A stretch of 64,000 nucleotides of DNA from a bacterium BMS3Abin14 (lineage in GTDB: Bacteria; BMS3Abin14), in the NCBI GenBank assembly GCA_002897695.1, contig BDTG01000046.1, positions 35,411-99,410 on the forward strand, given 5' to 3'. Below the pieces are notes generated by a model that worked only from the letters and a program-made list of their open reading frames with translations, made no database searches and had not been told where the DNA came from. Shown piece after piece: positions 16,745-26,889 of this stretch (the stretch's first letter is position 1; each line of letters opens with the position of its first letter). The translations under genes were made by a program, and so were the position numbers.

Positions 16745-18742
16745 CTATTCCTCTGTACGGAAGCGGTCGATTTCCTCTTTCAGGAGACCGGCCTGATCGG
16801 TCAATTTTTTGACCATCGTGTCAAGATGTTTTGCTGCACTGAGGCTGGATTGGGTAATGTTCTTGATTTCCAGAACATTGCCGACAATCGTATCACTGGC
16901 CATGGCCTCCTCCTTGATTGATTCCAGAATTCTCTTTGCCATCATCATCGTCTCTTCGCTGGATTTTCCGATCCCGGTGACACCCTTGGCCTGTTCGCTG
17001 GTGGCCATTGTCACGACCCCGGCCAGATTTTTCATGTTTTCCACCGCCAGGATGATCTGTTCACTGCCCAGAGACTGCTCCCTGGTGGCCTCGGCTATCT
17101 GCTGAAACTTTTCGGACATACCGTTGGCCATCACCATGAGCTGCCTGATGGAGTCCGCCTGCTCCGTCGTTGTGAGGGCTATGGCCTTGGATGCCTCCGC
17201 CGCCTCCTGTGTGTTTTCGCCGGCAATCTTGAATGTCTCACTTACCGCCCTGATGAGTTCGACCCCCTCTTCGACCCTTCTTACTCCAAGGTTCACGCTC
17301 TCAACAGCTTTTTTCGATTCTTTCTGTGTGCTGGAAATCAGTGTGGTAATTTCCTTGGTTGAGTCCGTTGTCTTATCGGCCAGGTCACGCATTTCGCCGG
17401 CTACCACCGCAAAACTCTTTCCATGCTCACCGGCCTGAGCCGCAATAATAGCGGCGTTAAGGGCCAGCAGACCAGTTTGATCGTTGACCTCCTCAATGAT
17501 CTCGACGATTTTTCCTATATCCTTGGTTTTCTCGGCCAGATTTTCAATTGCGCCGGCCGCAGTGTCCACAATCTCCTTGGCCTCGACAATGCCGGTGACT
17601 GCTTTTTCGACCGATTTTACGCCCTCCAGCGCCACGGCCCCCGAGACCATCTCAGAAAGTTCATAGGCCCTTTTCGCCTTCTCTTCCACCGCCTTGATGG
17701 ATTGGTCCGTTTCAGTAATTGCGGATGTGACCTCGGAAATGCCCGCCGACAGTTTCTCCACGTTTTCGGCAACGCCATGAATGGATGAATTCATCTGGTT
17801 GATTGAGGACGATGTCTGCTCAATAGAGGTTGACAGGCTCCCGGCGCTTTCGGAAACCTTCTCGATAGAGGCTCCGATTTCAAGGACAGACGAGGAATTT
17901 TCCTCGGCCGATCTTGACATTCCTTCCACACTTTCGGAGATCGTTTTCATGGTCCTGCTCATCTCCTCAATGGAGACGGAGGCGTCATTGACCGCACCGG
18001 TCTGACGATCGGTCCCCATGGACAGGTCACTGGATACGTTGGATATCTCCATCGCCCCGGCATTCAAATCCGCGAAAGTGTTTCGAACCCTGCCGACCAT
18101 GTCAACCAGGCTGCCCCGCATCTGATTGAACGTATCCGAAAGTTGGCCAAACTCATCATTGGTAGCTACTTTCGTCTCTGCCAGCAGATTTCCAGCCGCT
18201 ATTTCCCTTGTGTTCTTGACAAGTGTAACCAGAGGCCTGTTAACAAGGAAGACGACCAAACCATAGAGTGAAACCAGGAGGATGACCACGGTGACTGCGG
18301 CGCCCAGGCCGAGCATTCTTATCAGGGAGGCGAGTTTCTCCTCAATAACACCGGTTGAATAGTGGATGGTAACCTTTCCCATGGTTTTACCGTCCTCAAC
18401 AATGTTGAACACGTATTCCCTGTAGGGCCCTTTTCCAGGGTCACCGGCTTCCTTCATCTCGGAGAGGTCGGTTCCGAACTGGACAAGGCCGTAAACCAGG
18501 TTCCCGTCCTGTTGAACATCGTCGGTCAATGTCTGCTCAATGGCCTGGTAATCGAAATAATGGAGGCTTTCCAGCGTCTTGCTCCCAATGGAGGCAGCCA
18601 GGGTCTGGGCATTGCCGTCAAACCATTTATACATCTCGGAACGCACACCCTTAATGGAACTGTATGTAATCGTGCCTCCCAAAAACAGGCCAACCCCGAA
18701 AAAAACCAGCATAAAAAGGGAAATCTTATGGACTATTTTCAT
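16745..18742 (-). CDS. Methyl-accepting chemotaxis protein
   Basis: Two TM helices, HAMP domain, long signalling domain with hairpin LLALNAAIIAAQAGEHGKSFAVVA. Confidence 0.93.
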   Translation of the reverse strand: MKIVHKISLFMLVFFGVGLFLGGTITYSSIKGVRSEMYKWFDGNAQTLAASIGSKTLESLHYFDYQAIEQTLTDDVQQDGNLVYGLVQFGTDLSEMKEAGDPGKGPYREYVFNIVEDGKTMGKVTIHYSTGVIEEKLASLIRMLGLGAAVTVVILLVSLYGLVVFLVNRPLVTLVKNTREIAAGNLLAETKVATNDEFGQLSDTFNQMRGSLVDMVGRVRNTFADLNAGAMEISNVSSDLSMGTDRQTGAVNDASVSIEEMSRTMKTISESVEGMSRSAEENSSSVLEIGASIEKVSESAGSLSTSIEQTSSSINQMNSSIHGVAENVEKLSAGISEVTSAITETDQSIKAVEEKAKRAYELSEMVSGAVALEGVKSVEKAVTGIVEAKEIVDTAAGAIENLAEKTKDIGKIVEIIEEVNDQTGLLALNAAIIAAQAGEHGKSFAVVAGEMRDLADKTTDSTKEITTLISSTQKESKKAVESVNLGVRRVEEGVELIRAVSETFKIAGENTQEAAEASKAIALTTTEQADSIRQLMVMANGMSEKFQQIAEATREQSLGSEQIILAVENMKNLAGVVTMATSEQAKGVTGIGKSSEETMMMAKRILESIKEEAMASDTIVGNVLEIKNITQSSLSAAKHLDTMVKKLTDQAGLLKEEIDRFRTEE

Positions 18743-18797
18743 TTTTTCTCACTCGCCCTCGCATAAAAACAGCAACATTTTCGTATAGCAAATCCGA

Positions 18798-19544
18798 TCA
18801 GAAACTGAAGTTGAAGGTTTCAGGATCAATGTGGGCTTTTTTAATATTATCGTAGGTATGGCTGAAGTCACCCTCCGTTGTCCTGATGAACGTCCTGGCC
18901 TTAAAGGCCTCTTTGACCTCCATGGCCAACGGTGACCTGTCGTTGCCAAGCCCGGTAAGCACGTTCCCCAGTTTCTTTCCAAGCCTGTCGTAGGTCCTGT
19001 TGGTCAGGATAAGGGTGTTGTTGGGATTTTCAGCAACATCCCCTCCAATAATCTCCAGGTCGGGGTACTTGCTCTGGTCCCACACCAGGTTCTTGAAAAT
19101 CGCATAGTCCGCAGCGCCGTTTCTGACCGCGTTGAGTGCGGTCTGATGTGACTTTACTATAAGTGGGGTGAAATAATTCTCGGGTTTTGTCCCTTCCTTC
19201 AGCAGGGTTCGGGCAAATATCTCTCCCGACGAGGCCAAAGCAGTGTATGCAACCCGCTTCCCTTGAAATGTGCTCATACCCCTGAAGGCGCCGGAAAACA
19301 TCCCGTCAGCCTCTCCCGACCGAAAAAGGTTCACGGCATCGGGGTAGTCTTTAGCTATCTTGAGCCTGATGGATGGAAAACCATCGATCCTGGCCTGGAT
19401 ATATTTACTGAGCACGGCATATTTCGGGCCCTCCACCCTGGCATTCCTGGAGGCCATAATAACCAGGTTGAAGGTATCAGCAGCCTGTACAGACCCGCAA
19501 AGAAGAAAAGACCCCGCTGCAAGTAAAATGATGATCTTTTTCAT
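18798..19544 (-). CDS. PhnD/SsuA-like periplasmic substrate-binding protein (appears internally shortened)
   Basis: Signal peptide MKKIIILLAAG, GEADGMFSG, FQGKRVAY..LASSG, HQTALNAVRNGAADYA. ATG 19544. Confidence 0.7.
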   Translation of the reverse strand: MKKIIILLAAGSFLLCGSVQAADTFNLVIMASRNARVEGPKYAVLSKYIQARIDGFPSIRLKIAKDYPDAVNLFRSGEADGMFSGAFRGMSTFQGKRVAYTALASSGEIFARTLLKEGTKPENYFTPLIVKSHQTALNAVRNGAADYAIFKNLVWDQSKYPDLEIIGGDVAENPNNTLILTNRTYDRLGKKLGNVLTGLGNDRSPLAMEVKEAFKARTFIRTTEGDFSHTYDNIKKAHIDPETFNFSF

Positions 19545-19650
19545 TTTTCTCACCTTTCTTTTCAAAAAAAACTACCGAATATCCGGTGTCCATACGGAAT
19601 CGTCATGAATCTGGACTCATTACAGGCAATGTACTATACATCCACAGCGG

Positions 19651-19689
19651 ATGGCAACCTGCGGCCTGTTAACACCTGCAGTTTGCCAT
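19651..19689 (-). terminator. Possible hairpin downstream of yajQ
   Basis: ATGGCAACCTGCGG / CTGCAGTTTGCCAT inverted arms with few mismatches; no clear U-tract. Confidence 0.3.
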
Positions 19690-19723
19690 GGGAGGGTGTG
19701 AGCGGCGCCGAAAATGAGGCCTT

Positions 19724-20215
19724 TCAGCTTTTCATGTTGACGAACTGAAGCGGGATTTCCAGATCCGTGCCCTTAAGCATCCCTATGACATTCTGGAGGT
19801 CATCGAGCTTTTTCCCGGTCACCCTCACCTGGTCATCCTGGATGGCGGCCTGAACCTTGAGCTTCCGGTCCTTAATCAGCTTGACTATCTTTTGGGCAAG
19901 GTCCCTTTCGATGCCCTGATTGATCACAGCCTCGCATTTCAGCTGTCCTCCGGAGGTTCCCTCCGGGTCGCCTACAGCAAGACATTTCGGGTCGATCTTG
20001 CGGCGGACCAGATTGGAGACAATAATATCCTGGATCGCCTTCATCTTCATCTTGTCCTCAGCGACCATTTTTATGGTGCCCCCTTCCCGGTTGAGATCCA
20101 CCTCTGATTTACCCCGGCGGAGATCATAGCGTGTCATAATCTCTTTTCTGGTATTGTTGATCGCATTGTCCACTTCCTGCATATCCACCTTGCTTACAAT
20201 GTCAAACGACGGCAT
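19724..20215 (-). CDS. yajQ: YajQ-family nucleotide (c-di-GMP)-binding protein
   Basis: MPSFDIVSKVD, VQAAIQDDQVRVTGKKLDDLQ, LQFVN. Confidence 0.95.
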   Translation of the reverse strand: MPSFDIVSKVDMQEVDNAINNTRKEIMTRYDLRRGKSEVDLNREGGTIKMVAEDKMKMKAIQDIIVSNLVRRKIDPKCLAVGDPEGTSGGQLKCEAVINQGIERDLAQKIVKLIKDRKLKVQAAIQDDQVRVTGKKLDDLQNVIGMLKGTDLEIPLQFVNMKS

Positions 20216-20289
20216 ATCCCTTGACCTCCTGTTTGTTCCGGTTTTCCACAGTCCATCCGCCTTCTCTCAATGAGCTACGGCGCGACATG

Positions 20290-20334
20290 GAGTCCAGAGT
20301 CCAGAGTCCAGAGTCCAGAGTCCAGAGTCCAGAG
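20290..20334. repeat. Perfect heptamer tandem repeat (GAGTCCA)6 plus GAG
   Basis: Read directly from the sequence; intergenic, 75 bp upstream of the yajQ start. Confidence 0.97.
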
Positions 20335-20375
20335 AAAATCATAACACAGTGGGCCTGCCCCCCATCCATTCACCG

Positions 20376-22118
20376 CTAATACAGCGCAGTGCCGGCCTCC
20401 AGGTACTCGTGGAATCTCATCGAAAATCGGGCCCCATCCCCGCCGGACACATCAAGAGCGCCGCCGAGCTGGTCAACCAGAAGCGCCACAAGTTGCAGGC
20501 CCATGGATTTTGTTTCGCGAACATCAAACCCGTCCGGCAACCCTACTCCATTGTCTGAAACAGTCAACTCATACTCACCGCGGGCCAACTCCCTGAATCC
20601 GATGCGTATCTCGCCCTCCCTCCCACCGGGAAAAGCGTGCTGGAGAGAGTTGGATATCAGCTCGTTGATGATGAGACCGCACGGAATGGCGGTATCCACC
20701 ACCATCTCGATATGTTCCGTCTCCAGGATGAGCTTAACCCGGTCCTGCTTTGCCCCGTATGACTGGAACAGGTTGGACGTCAGGTTCTGTATGTAGGCGG
20801 CCAGATCCACATGAGCCAGGTCAGCGGCCTGGTAGAGCTCCTCGTGAATGAGCGCCATGGTGATGACCCTGTTCTGGCTCTCCCTGTAGATATTCCTTGT
20901 CTCATCGTCAGTGACGTGATGCGCCTGAAGATTCATGAGCCCGGAGATAACCTGAAGGTTGTTCTTGACGCGGTGGTGGATCTCCTTGAGAAGCAGATCC
21001 TTTTCCTCCACTGACGCGGTCAGCATGTCCTGAGCCGCCTTGAGTTCATTGATGTCCCGCGTTACGGAAAGGATGTGCGGCACCCCTCTCAGGCTGAAGG
21101 ATTTGGCTGACATGAGGCCCGTTACCAACCGGCCGTCTTTCATGCGAAAGATAGCCTCCATATTTTCCACCTTGCCGGTCCTCTTCAAACCTTCGACAAG
21201 CTTTTCCCTGTCCCCGGGGTCGGCCCAGACGTCTATTTCCAAAGAGGATTTTCCCAGAACATCCTCCCTGGAGTACCCGGTAATACCAGTGAAGCCCTCG
21301 TTGATGTCGATGTATATCCCATCTTCCAGCCGGTTGATGTTGATGGAATCGGGGCTGGTCCTGAACGCCGTCCTGAACCGTTCCTCCGACTCTTTCAGGG
21401 CATCCTCGGCCAGCTTTCTCTTGCTGATATCACGGGTCACCCCCATCAGGCCGATGGCCTTCCCGTCCGTATCACGAAGAAACCGGATCGTAACCTCCCC
21501 CCAGACCGTGCCACCATCCTTATGGATAAACTCCAGCTCAAGGGTCCTGGACCGGTCGGGGTCCCCGCCGCCTGTGGACTCAAGAGCGATTTCCTCTTCA
21601 AAGTATCGCTGGACTATCCTGAAGGAATCCGGGGTAACCGTATCCTTCAGTTTCATCTGAATCATTTCGTCCACCGAATAGCCACGCATGCGCGTTACCG
21701 ACGGGCTGATGTATGTCCAGTTGAAATCGAGGTTCATGGTCCAGATGATATCGGTGACGTTTTCTGTGAGAAACCTGTACTTTACCTCGCTTTCCCTCAT
21801 CCTCCCTATGCCGCCGGCCAGGCGCTCAAACTCCCGGGTTCCCCGACAGGCAGGGAGATCATCCTTCTCCATGGAACGGATTATCTGCCCAATAGGCCTG
21901 TTGATATTCCAGCGCAGCAAAAGGTAAAGGAGGACCGCGGCGAACGCAAGTATGAGAACCGTGGTCAGGTAAGCGTAGTTGATGAAACGGACCTGATAAT
22001 CCCTGAGGGCGCCAAAGACGAAAACGCGCAACCCAACCCCTATGAGCGACAGGATGAATACAACCGGCGCGATGATTCGGAAATTAAGCCCGTTAATGAT
22101 GTCAGGTTTACTTTTCAT
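20376..22118 (-). CDS. Membrane PAS-PAS sensor histidine kinase, HisKA_2 type
   Basis: Two TM helices, two PAS/PAC domains, LKEIHHRVKNNLQ H-box, HATPase (ELISNSLQHAF, DNGVG). ATG 22118 overlaps the ABC-F stop by 11 bp. Confidence 0.9.
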   Translation of the reverse strand: MKSKPDIINGLNFRIIAPVVFILSLIGVGLRVFVFGALRDYQVRFINYAYLTTVLILAFAAVLLYLLLRWNINRPIGQIIRSMEKDDLPACRGTREFERLAGGIGRMRESEVKYRFLTENVTDIIWTMNLDFNWTYISPSVTRMRGYSVDEMIQMKLKDTVTPDSFRIVQRYFEEEIALESTGGGDPDRSRTLELEFIHKDGGTVWGEVTIRFLRDTDGKAIGLMGVTRDISKRKLAEDALKESEERFRTAFRTSPDSININRLEDGIYIDINEGFTGITGYSREDVLGKSSLEIDVWADPGDREKLVEGLKRTGKVENMEAIFRMKDGRLVTGLMSAKSFSLRGVPHILSVTRDINELKAAQDMLTASVEEKDLLLKEIHHRVKNNLQVISGLMNLQAHHVTDDETRNIYRESQNRVITMALIHEELYQAADLAHVDLAAYIQNLTSNLFQSYGAKQDRVKLILETEHIEMVVDTAIPCGLIINELISNSLQHAFPGGREGEIRIGFRELARGEYELTVSDNGVGLPDGFDVRETKSMGLQLVALLVDQLGGALDVSGGDGARFSMRFHEYLEAGTALY

Positions 22119-23955
22119 TCTCCCACTTCCTGCGGGTGGTCTCCAGATCTTCGGTTGCCAGGCATAAAAGTTCATAATGTCTTTCGATGTCGGCTGAAAG
22201 CCCATGGTTTTGTCTTGAAAGTTCCGGGATCCTTTCCACGGTTCCGGCGGTGGATGCATTTACCAGGGCTTCCTCATTTTCCCGTAAGCTCCGCTCCAGG
22301 ACCGCAATAGTTTTCTCCAGCTCATCGGCCTTGGCCTCAAGGGGCCGGAGAGTCCGGGAACGTTCGCGGATGGCATCGGCTCTTTCTTTGCGAGCTGCCT
22401 TGCTTCGAGTCGACCTGGATACCCTGTCCTTTTTTCTCTGGCCCTTGTGACCCTCGACGGGTTCCTCTGCCCGCCAGCCCATCTCCCGGATAAACTGTTT
22501 ATATGTCCCTTCAAAAACAGATACCGCGCCATTGTCAAACACGATCAAACGGTTGGCAAACGCATCCAGAAACCGCTCATTGTGGGTAACCATGACAAGC
22601 GCCCCGTCAAACCGCCCCAGCGCGTCGAAAAGGGCCTCGCCGGACTCCATGTCAAGATGGTTGGTAGGCTCATCGAGAAGAAGGAGGTGAACAGGATCCA
22701 GCAGAAGCTTTCCCAGAAGGACCCTGCATTTCTCGCCGCCTGACAGGACAGAGATTCTTTTCGAGGCGTCGTCGGAGACGAACATCATCCTCCCGCAGAT
22801 GGACATGGCCTTCTGGAGGGACCCATCAGGGTCGGAGGACCTGATCTCCTCAACCACGGAGCGCTCCGGCAGAAGGCGTTCCACATTGGTCTGGCCATAG
22901 TAACCCACCTTGAGCCTGGGGTGGGATTTAACCTCCCCTCGCCCCGGGGAGAGTTCCCCGGCCAGGAGGCGCAACAGTGTGGATTTGCCCTTCCCGTTGG
23001 CACCGATCACCCCGATGCGGTCTCCCTGGCCCACAACCACATTCAGATCCTCCATCAGTTCTATCTGCTGCCCGGGGTAGCAGAAGGAAAGGCCGGAGAC
23101 ATCCAGCATCACCCTGGACCTGAAGGGCATCGACCTGAAGGAAAAATGTAGTGATCGGATCTGATCGAGCTTCTGCGAAACGCCAAGCTTCTCCAGTGTC
23201 TTTATGCGGGACTGGACAAGGCCTCCGAGTCTGGCTTTTGCCCTGAACTTTCTGATAAACTCCTCTGTATGCCGCCTTTTTTTCTCCAGGTTCACTCGGG
23301 ATTTTTCAAAAATCTCCTCCTCCGTTGCAATCTGGCAATAGTATTTCACGGTATCGCCGGGGATCTTCCGGAATTTCCTGCGATGGATCCCCATGGTGTG
23401 GGTGGTCACCTTGTCCATGAACCCCCTGTCATGCGTAATAAGCAGCATTTCGCCGCTCCATGCCTTGAAAAACCTCTCCAGCCACCTGATGGCAATGATA
23501 TCCAGATAGTTGGTGGGTTCATCGAGGAGGAGGAGATCAGGCCGGGAGACCAGAAGCCTCGCAAGGTTCAGGCGTACCTGGAAGCCGCCGGAAAATTCCA
23601 GAGGGGAACGTCCCTGGTCACCGCTGGAAAATCCAAGCCCGGCCAGAACCTTTTCGGCCTTCCACAGATCGTCACGCTCACTGTGCTGCAGACCCTGAGC
23701 CGCCTCCATGAGAGCGGTCGGCTGGGAAAACTGGAGTGTTTGAGCAAGATGTCCAATACGGTAACCTCTGGGAATCGCGAGACTTCCCGAGTCCGGAGAC
23801 TCCTCACCGGTGACAAGACGAAGGAGAGTGGTCTTGCCATGCCCGTTTCGGCCCACAAGTCCCACCCGTTCGCCCCGGTTGATGCTGAAAGTCACCTCGT
23901 CGAAAAGGACGTTGGAGCCGTATGATTTGGAGAGATTTACCACCTTGAGCATCAT
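22108..23955 (-). CDS. ABC-F family ATP-binding protein (YheS/Uup-like)
   Basis: Two NBDs (GRNGHGKTT, FSGG, LDEPTNYLD; GANGKGKST, LSGG, LDEPTNHLD), no TM, C-terminal coiled coil. Confidence 0.93.
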   Translation of the reverse strand: MMLKVVNLSKSYGSNVLFDEVTFSINRGERVGLVGRNGHGKTTLLRLVTGEESPDSGSLAIPRGYRIGHLAQTLQFSQPTALMEAAQGLQHSERDDLWKAEKVLAGLGFSSGDQGRSPLEFSGGFQVRLNLARLLVSRPDLLLLDEPTNYLDIIAIRWLERFFKAWSGEMLLITHDRGFMDKVTTHTMGIHRRKFRKIPGDTVKYYCQIATEEEIFEKSRVNLEKKRRHTEEFIRKFRAKARLGGLVQSRIKTLEKLGVSQKLDQIRSLHFSFRSMPFRSRVMLDVSGLSFCYPGQQIELMEDLNVVVGQGDRIGVIGANGKGKSTLLRLLAGELSPGRGEVKSHPRLKVGYYGQTNVERLLPERSVVEEIRSSDPDGSLQKAMSICGRMMFVSDDASKRISVLSGGEKCRVLLGKLLLDPVHLLLLDEPTNHLDMESGEALFDALGRFDGALVMVTHNERFLDAFANRLIVFDNGAVSVFEGTYKQFIREMGWRAEEPVEGHKGQRKKDRVSRSTRSKAARKERADAIRERSRTLRPLEAKADELEKTIAVLERSLRENEEALVNASTAGTVERIPELSRQNHGLSADIERHYELLCLATEDLETTRRKWENEK

Positions 23956-23986
23956 TTAATACCGGTTGGATTTTTTCGATGAATGA

Positions 23987-25576
23987 TCAGGTCATGTCGA
24001 TTCCGGCCTCGCGGTACTCCTCAAAGGAAACGGTGAACCGTGCCCCTCCCTTCCTTTCCAGTTCTATTGTACCGCCAAGCTGTTCGACCAGGAGACTGAC
24101 CAGCTTCAAGCCGAGAGATTTGATCCTGAAAACATCCAGATCCTTCGGAAAGCCCACACCGTCGTCGGCCACGGATAAAGTATATCTCTTTTCGCCGTTG
24201 GATACGAACCGAACCTTTATAGTTCCGTGCCGGCCTCCAGGAAAAGCATGTTTAAGCGAATTACTCACCAGCTCATTGAGGATCAGGCCGCATGGAATGG
24301 CCGTATCCACGACCATATTGACATCCTCGAGATCCAGCTCAAGGGACAGGGCATCAGGATCGATAATGTAGGATGTGAAAAGATTTTTGACAAGGGTCCT
24401 GATGTAGTCGGAAAAAACCACACTTGCCAGATCCCTGGCCTGGTACAGTTCCTCGTGGATCAGCGCCATCGTCTTCACCCTGTTCTGGCTCTCCTTGAAG
24501 ATGGCTTTAACATCCTCATCCCGGACATAATGGGACTGGAGGTTAAGGAGGCCGGAAACAACCTGCAGGTTGTTCTTCACCCTGTGATGTATCTCCTTCA
24601 GGAGGATCTCTTTCTCGGCCAGGGAGTCCCTGATCCTGTCCTCGGCCAGCTTGCGGCCCGTGATGTCCCGAATGATGCCCAACACAACCCCGGAACCTGA
24701 AAATTCGAAGAAGTGGGAACTTACCTCCACCGGCACTTTCTCACCGTCCTTCGATACCAGAATTCTTTCGAAGACAGCGCTGCCCACGGTCCGGAACTTT
24801 TCCCCAACCTCAACCAGGTCGGTTATGGACTCCGGCTTGACGAAATCCAGGGGGGTCATTTCCAGGAGTTCCTCCCTGGTGTAGCCGATCATGGCGCAAA
24901 GCCTGTCGTTCACCTCGAGGACTCTTCCGGGCCGTCCATCCTTCTGGACTTCGTGGAACACAAGGCCATCGTTGGCCTTATTGAAAAGTATGCGGTATTT
25001 CTCCTCGCTGCTCTTGAGCACCATCTCCAGCCGCTTAAGATCTGTGATGTCCTCCAGAACGCTCAGCGCATGGGACACGTTGCCCTGGTCGTCAAAAAGG
25101 GGCAGGATGGTCTCCTTCGTATATCGCCCGGGAAGTGGGGCGGTGATGTCCTGAGGGCCGATGATCGTCCCCTGCTCAATCACCCTGGTGAGGTTCCGAA
25201 TGACTCCTGATTTACCTGGGCCCTCCGGCATGAAATCCTCAGGTTTTTTACCAAGAACCTCGTCCGGGTCAAAGCCGGTGACAGAGCTGAATGCGCGGCT
25301 GACCCTGACAACCCTCATCTCAGCGTCATGCAGGACGAAGGCCACGGGGGATCCATCCAGCATCTTCTCATCAAGTTCCTGCAACTCCGCCAGTTTCTTT
25401 TTTGCCGACGCCAGATCGGACACATCCCCGGCAACGGCAGGGGCTTTCCCCTTTCCCGGGCGGCCAGGAAAAAGGATCGGCCTGAACAGGCCGACAGCGA
25501 AGGCGCAAGCGGCCCCGATTAAAATGCCGACCAACAAAGATCCTGTCACCTGCGCCTCCTTATTCCCGGGGGTCAT
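23987..25576 (-). CDS. PAS-PAS sensor histidine kinase, HisKA_2 type (paralogue of 20376-22118)
   Basis: One TM helix, two PAS domains, LKEIHHRVKNNLQ, ELVSNSLKHAF, DDGVG. Confidence 0.9.
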   Translation of the reverse strand: MTPGNKEAQVTGSLLVGILIGAACAFAVGLFRPILFPGRPGKGKAPAVAGDVSDLASAKKKLAELQELDEKMLDGSPVAFVLHDAEMRVVRVSRAFSSVTGFDPDEVLGKKPEDFMPEGPGKSGVIRNLTRVIEQGTIIGPQDITAPLPGRYTKETILPLFDDQGNVSHALSVLEDITDLKRLEMVLKSSEEKYRILFNKANDGLVFHEVQKDGRPGRVLEVNDRLCAMIGYTREELLEMTPLDFVKPESITDLVEVGEKFRTVGSAVFERILVSKDGEKVPVEVSSHFFEFSGSGVVLGIIRDITGRKLAEDRIRDSLAEKEILLKEIHHRVKNNLQVVSGLLNLQSHYVRDEDVKAIFKESQNRVKTMALIHEELYQARDLASVVFSDYIRTLVKNLFTSYIIDPDALSLELDLEDVNMVVDTAIPCGLILNELVSNSLKHAFPGGRHGTIKVRFVSNGEKRYTLSVADDGVGFPKDLDVFRIKSLGLKLVSLLVEQLGGTIELERKGGARFTVSFEEYREAGIDMT

Positions 25577-25792
25577 ACCCCTTCATTTCAGCCCCTGGCA
25601 TTCATCCTATCTTTCCTGCCTTTTTACGGCAATACCTTTTGGTTCCGGTAACCTCGATGCTTCGATACCTTCACTCCCCCTTACTCCCATACCGGCAAGG
25701 AGTGTAGAGATGAGTGGTTCCCTATGAACCGGAAATATTATACAGTCGGCCCATGAGTGTTCCCGGCATAGAGGACAGGACAGGCGGCTTGG

Positions 25793-26836
25793 ATGGGAAT
25801 TGAACAGAACAGGATCTCCGTGGCCCTGCTGGCCGTGTTGACGACTGTGGCGGTGGGTTTCGTATTGCAGCAGGCCCAGTCCGTAATCCTTCCTCTGATA
25901 ATTGCGTGGCTGCTCTCCTTCATTCTGGCGCCTGCCGTCAATATGATAGCAGGAAAGAAGGTCCCCAGACCCATAGCCATTTTACTTGTCCTGGCCCTGC
26001 TCATGGGGATCCTCTACATTGGCATCATTTTCCTCAACGGCCGAATAACTACAGTCATCACCGCGTTTCCAAAATATCATAGCCGGTTCAATGAGATTGT
26101 CCAGCTTGCGGGCAACAGGTTGAACCTGGTCCATAACCCACTTTCCGACGTGAACTGGATGGTCACCCTGCGCACGTTCCTCGTGAAACTGTCCGGATCG
26201 CTCCTGTTCATTCTGAACAACCTGATTCTCGTGATTATCTTCCTGGTGTTCATCCTCCTCGGCAATCCATATCTCAGGTTCAAGATCAAAAAAGCCCTCT
26301 CAGACGAAAATGCCGGGAAGGTTACCCTCATCATCAACACCATATCTTCCCAGTTCAGCCGCTACCTGGTTATGCAGTTCATCATCAGCCTTGTCACCGG
26401 AGTCCTCGTCTGGCTCTCACTGACCGTAATTGGAGTAGACTTCGCGGTAACGTGGGGTGCGTTGGCTTTTCTCCTCAACTTCATCCCCACTATTGGATCC
26501 ATAATCTCTGCGGTTCCTCCCATTCTCCTTGCGTTCATTCAGTTCTTCCCCGCGTTCTGGCCTGGAGTGGCGACGTTGGCCGCGCTTCTGACCATTCACA
26601 TGATCATCGGAGGCGCCGTCGCACCCAAGGTGGTTGGGGACAGATTGAACCTGAGCCCGGTGGTAATCCTTCTGTCCCTGTTGTTCTGGGGCTGGCTATG
26701 GGGAATTATCGGGGCGCTCCTCTCCGTCCCCATCGCCTCGGCTGTCAAGATCCTGTGCGAAAATGTGGAGGAGTTGAAACCCATAAGCATAATGATGGGA
26801 TCGGGAAAAGCTTACCAGAAGGAATTCTCGGAGTAG
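25793..26836 (+). CDS. AI-2E family transporter
   Basis: Multi-TM; FLLNFIPTIGSII, LSPVVILLSLLFWGWLWGIIGALLSVP. Confidence 0.9.
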   Translation: MGIEQNRISVALLAVLTTVAVGFVLQQAQSVILPLIIAWLLSFILAPAVNMIAGKKVPRPIAILLVLALLMGILYIGIIFLNGRITTVITAFPKYHSRFNEIVQLAGNRLNLVHNPLSDVNWMVTLRTFLVKLSGSLLFILNNLILVIIFLVFILLGNPYLRFKIKKALSDENAGKVTLIINTISSQFSRYLVMQFIISLVTGVLVWLSLTVIGVDFAVTWGALAFLLNFIPTIGSIISAVPPILLAFIQFFPAFWPGVATLAALLTIHMIIGGAVAPKVVGDRLNLSPVVILLSLLFWGWLWGIIGALLSVPIASAVKILCENVEELKPISIMMGSGKAYQKEFSE

Positions 26837-26889
26837 GATTGGGAGGCCAAGCCGCAGGCGTGCCGGACCGGTGGTGAGATATGCAGTTG

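Noticed and set aside
19566-19723. c-di-GMP-I riboswitch upstream of the binding-protein/MCP operon (GGCAAAC present on the minus strand)
   Set aside because: No GAAA tetraloop or GACGCAAA segment; it is a simple hairpin.
20290-20334. CRISPR array
   Set aside because: Contiguous 7-bp units with no spacers, and no cas genes.
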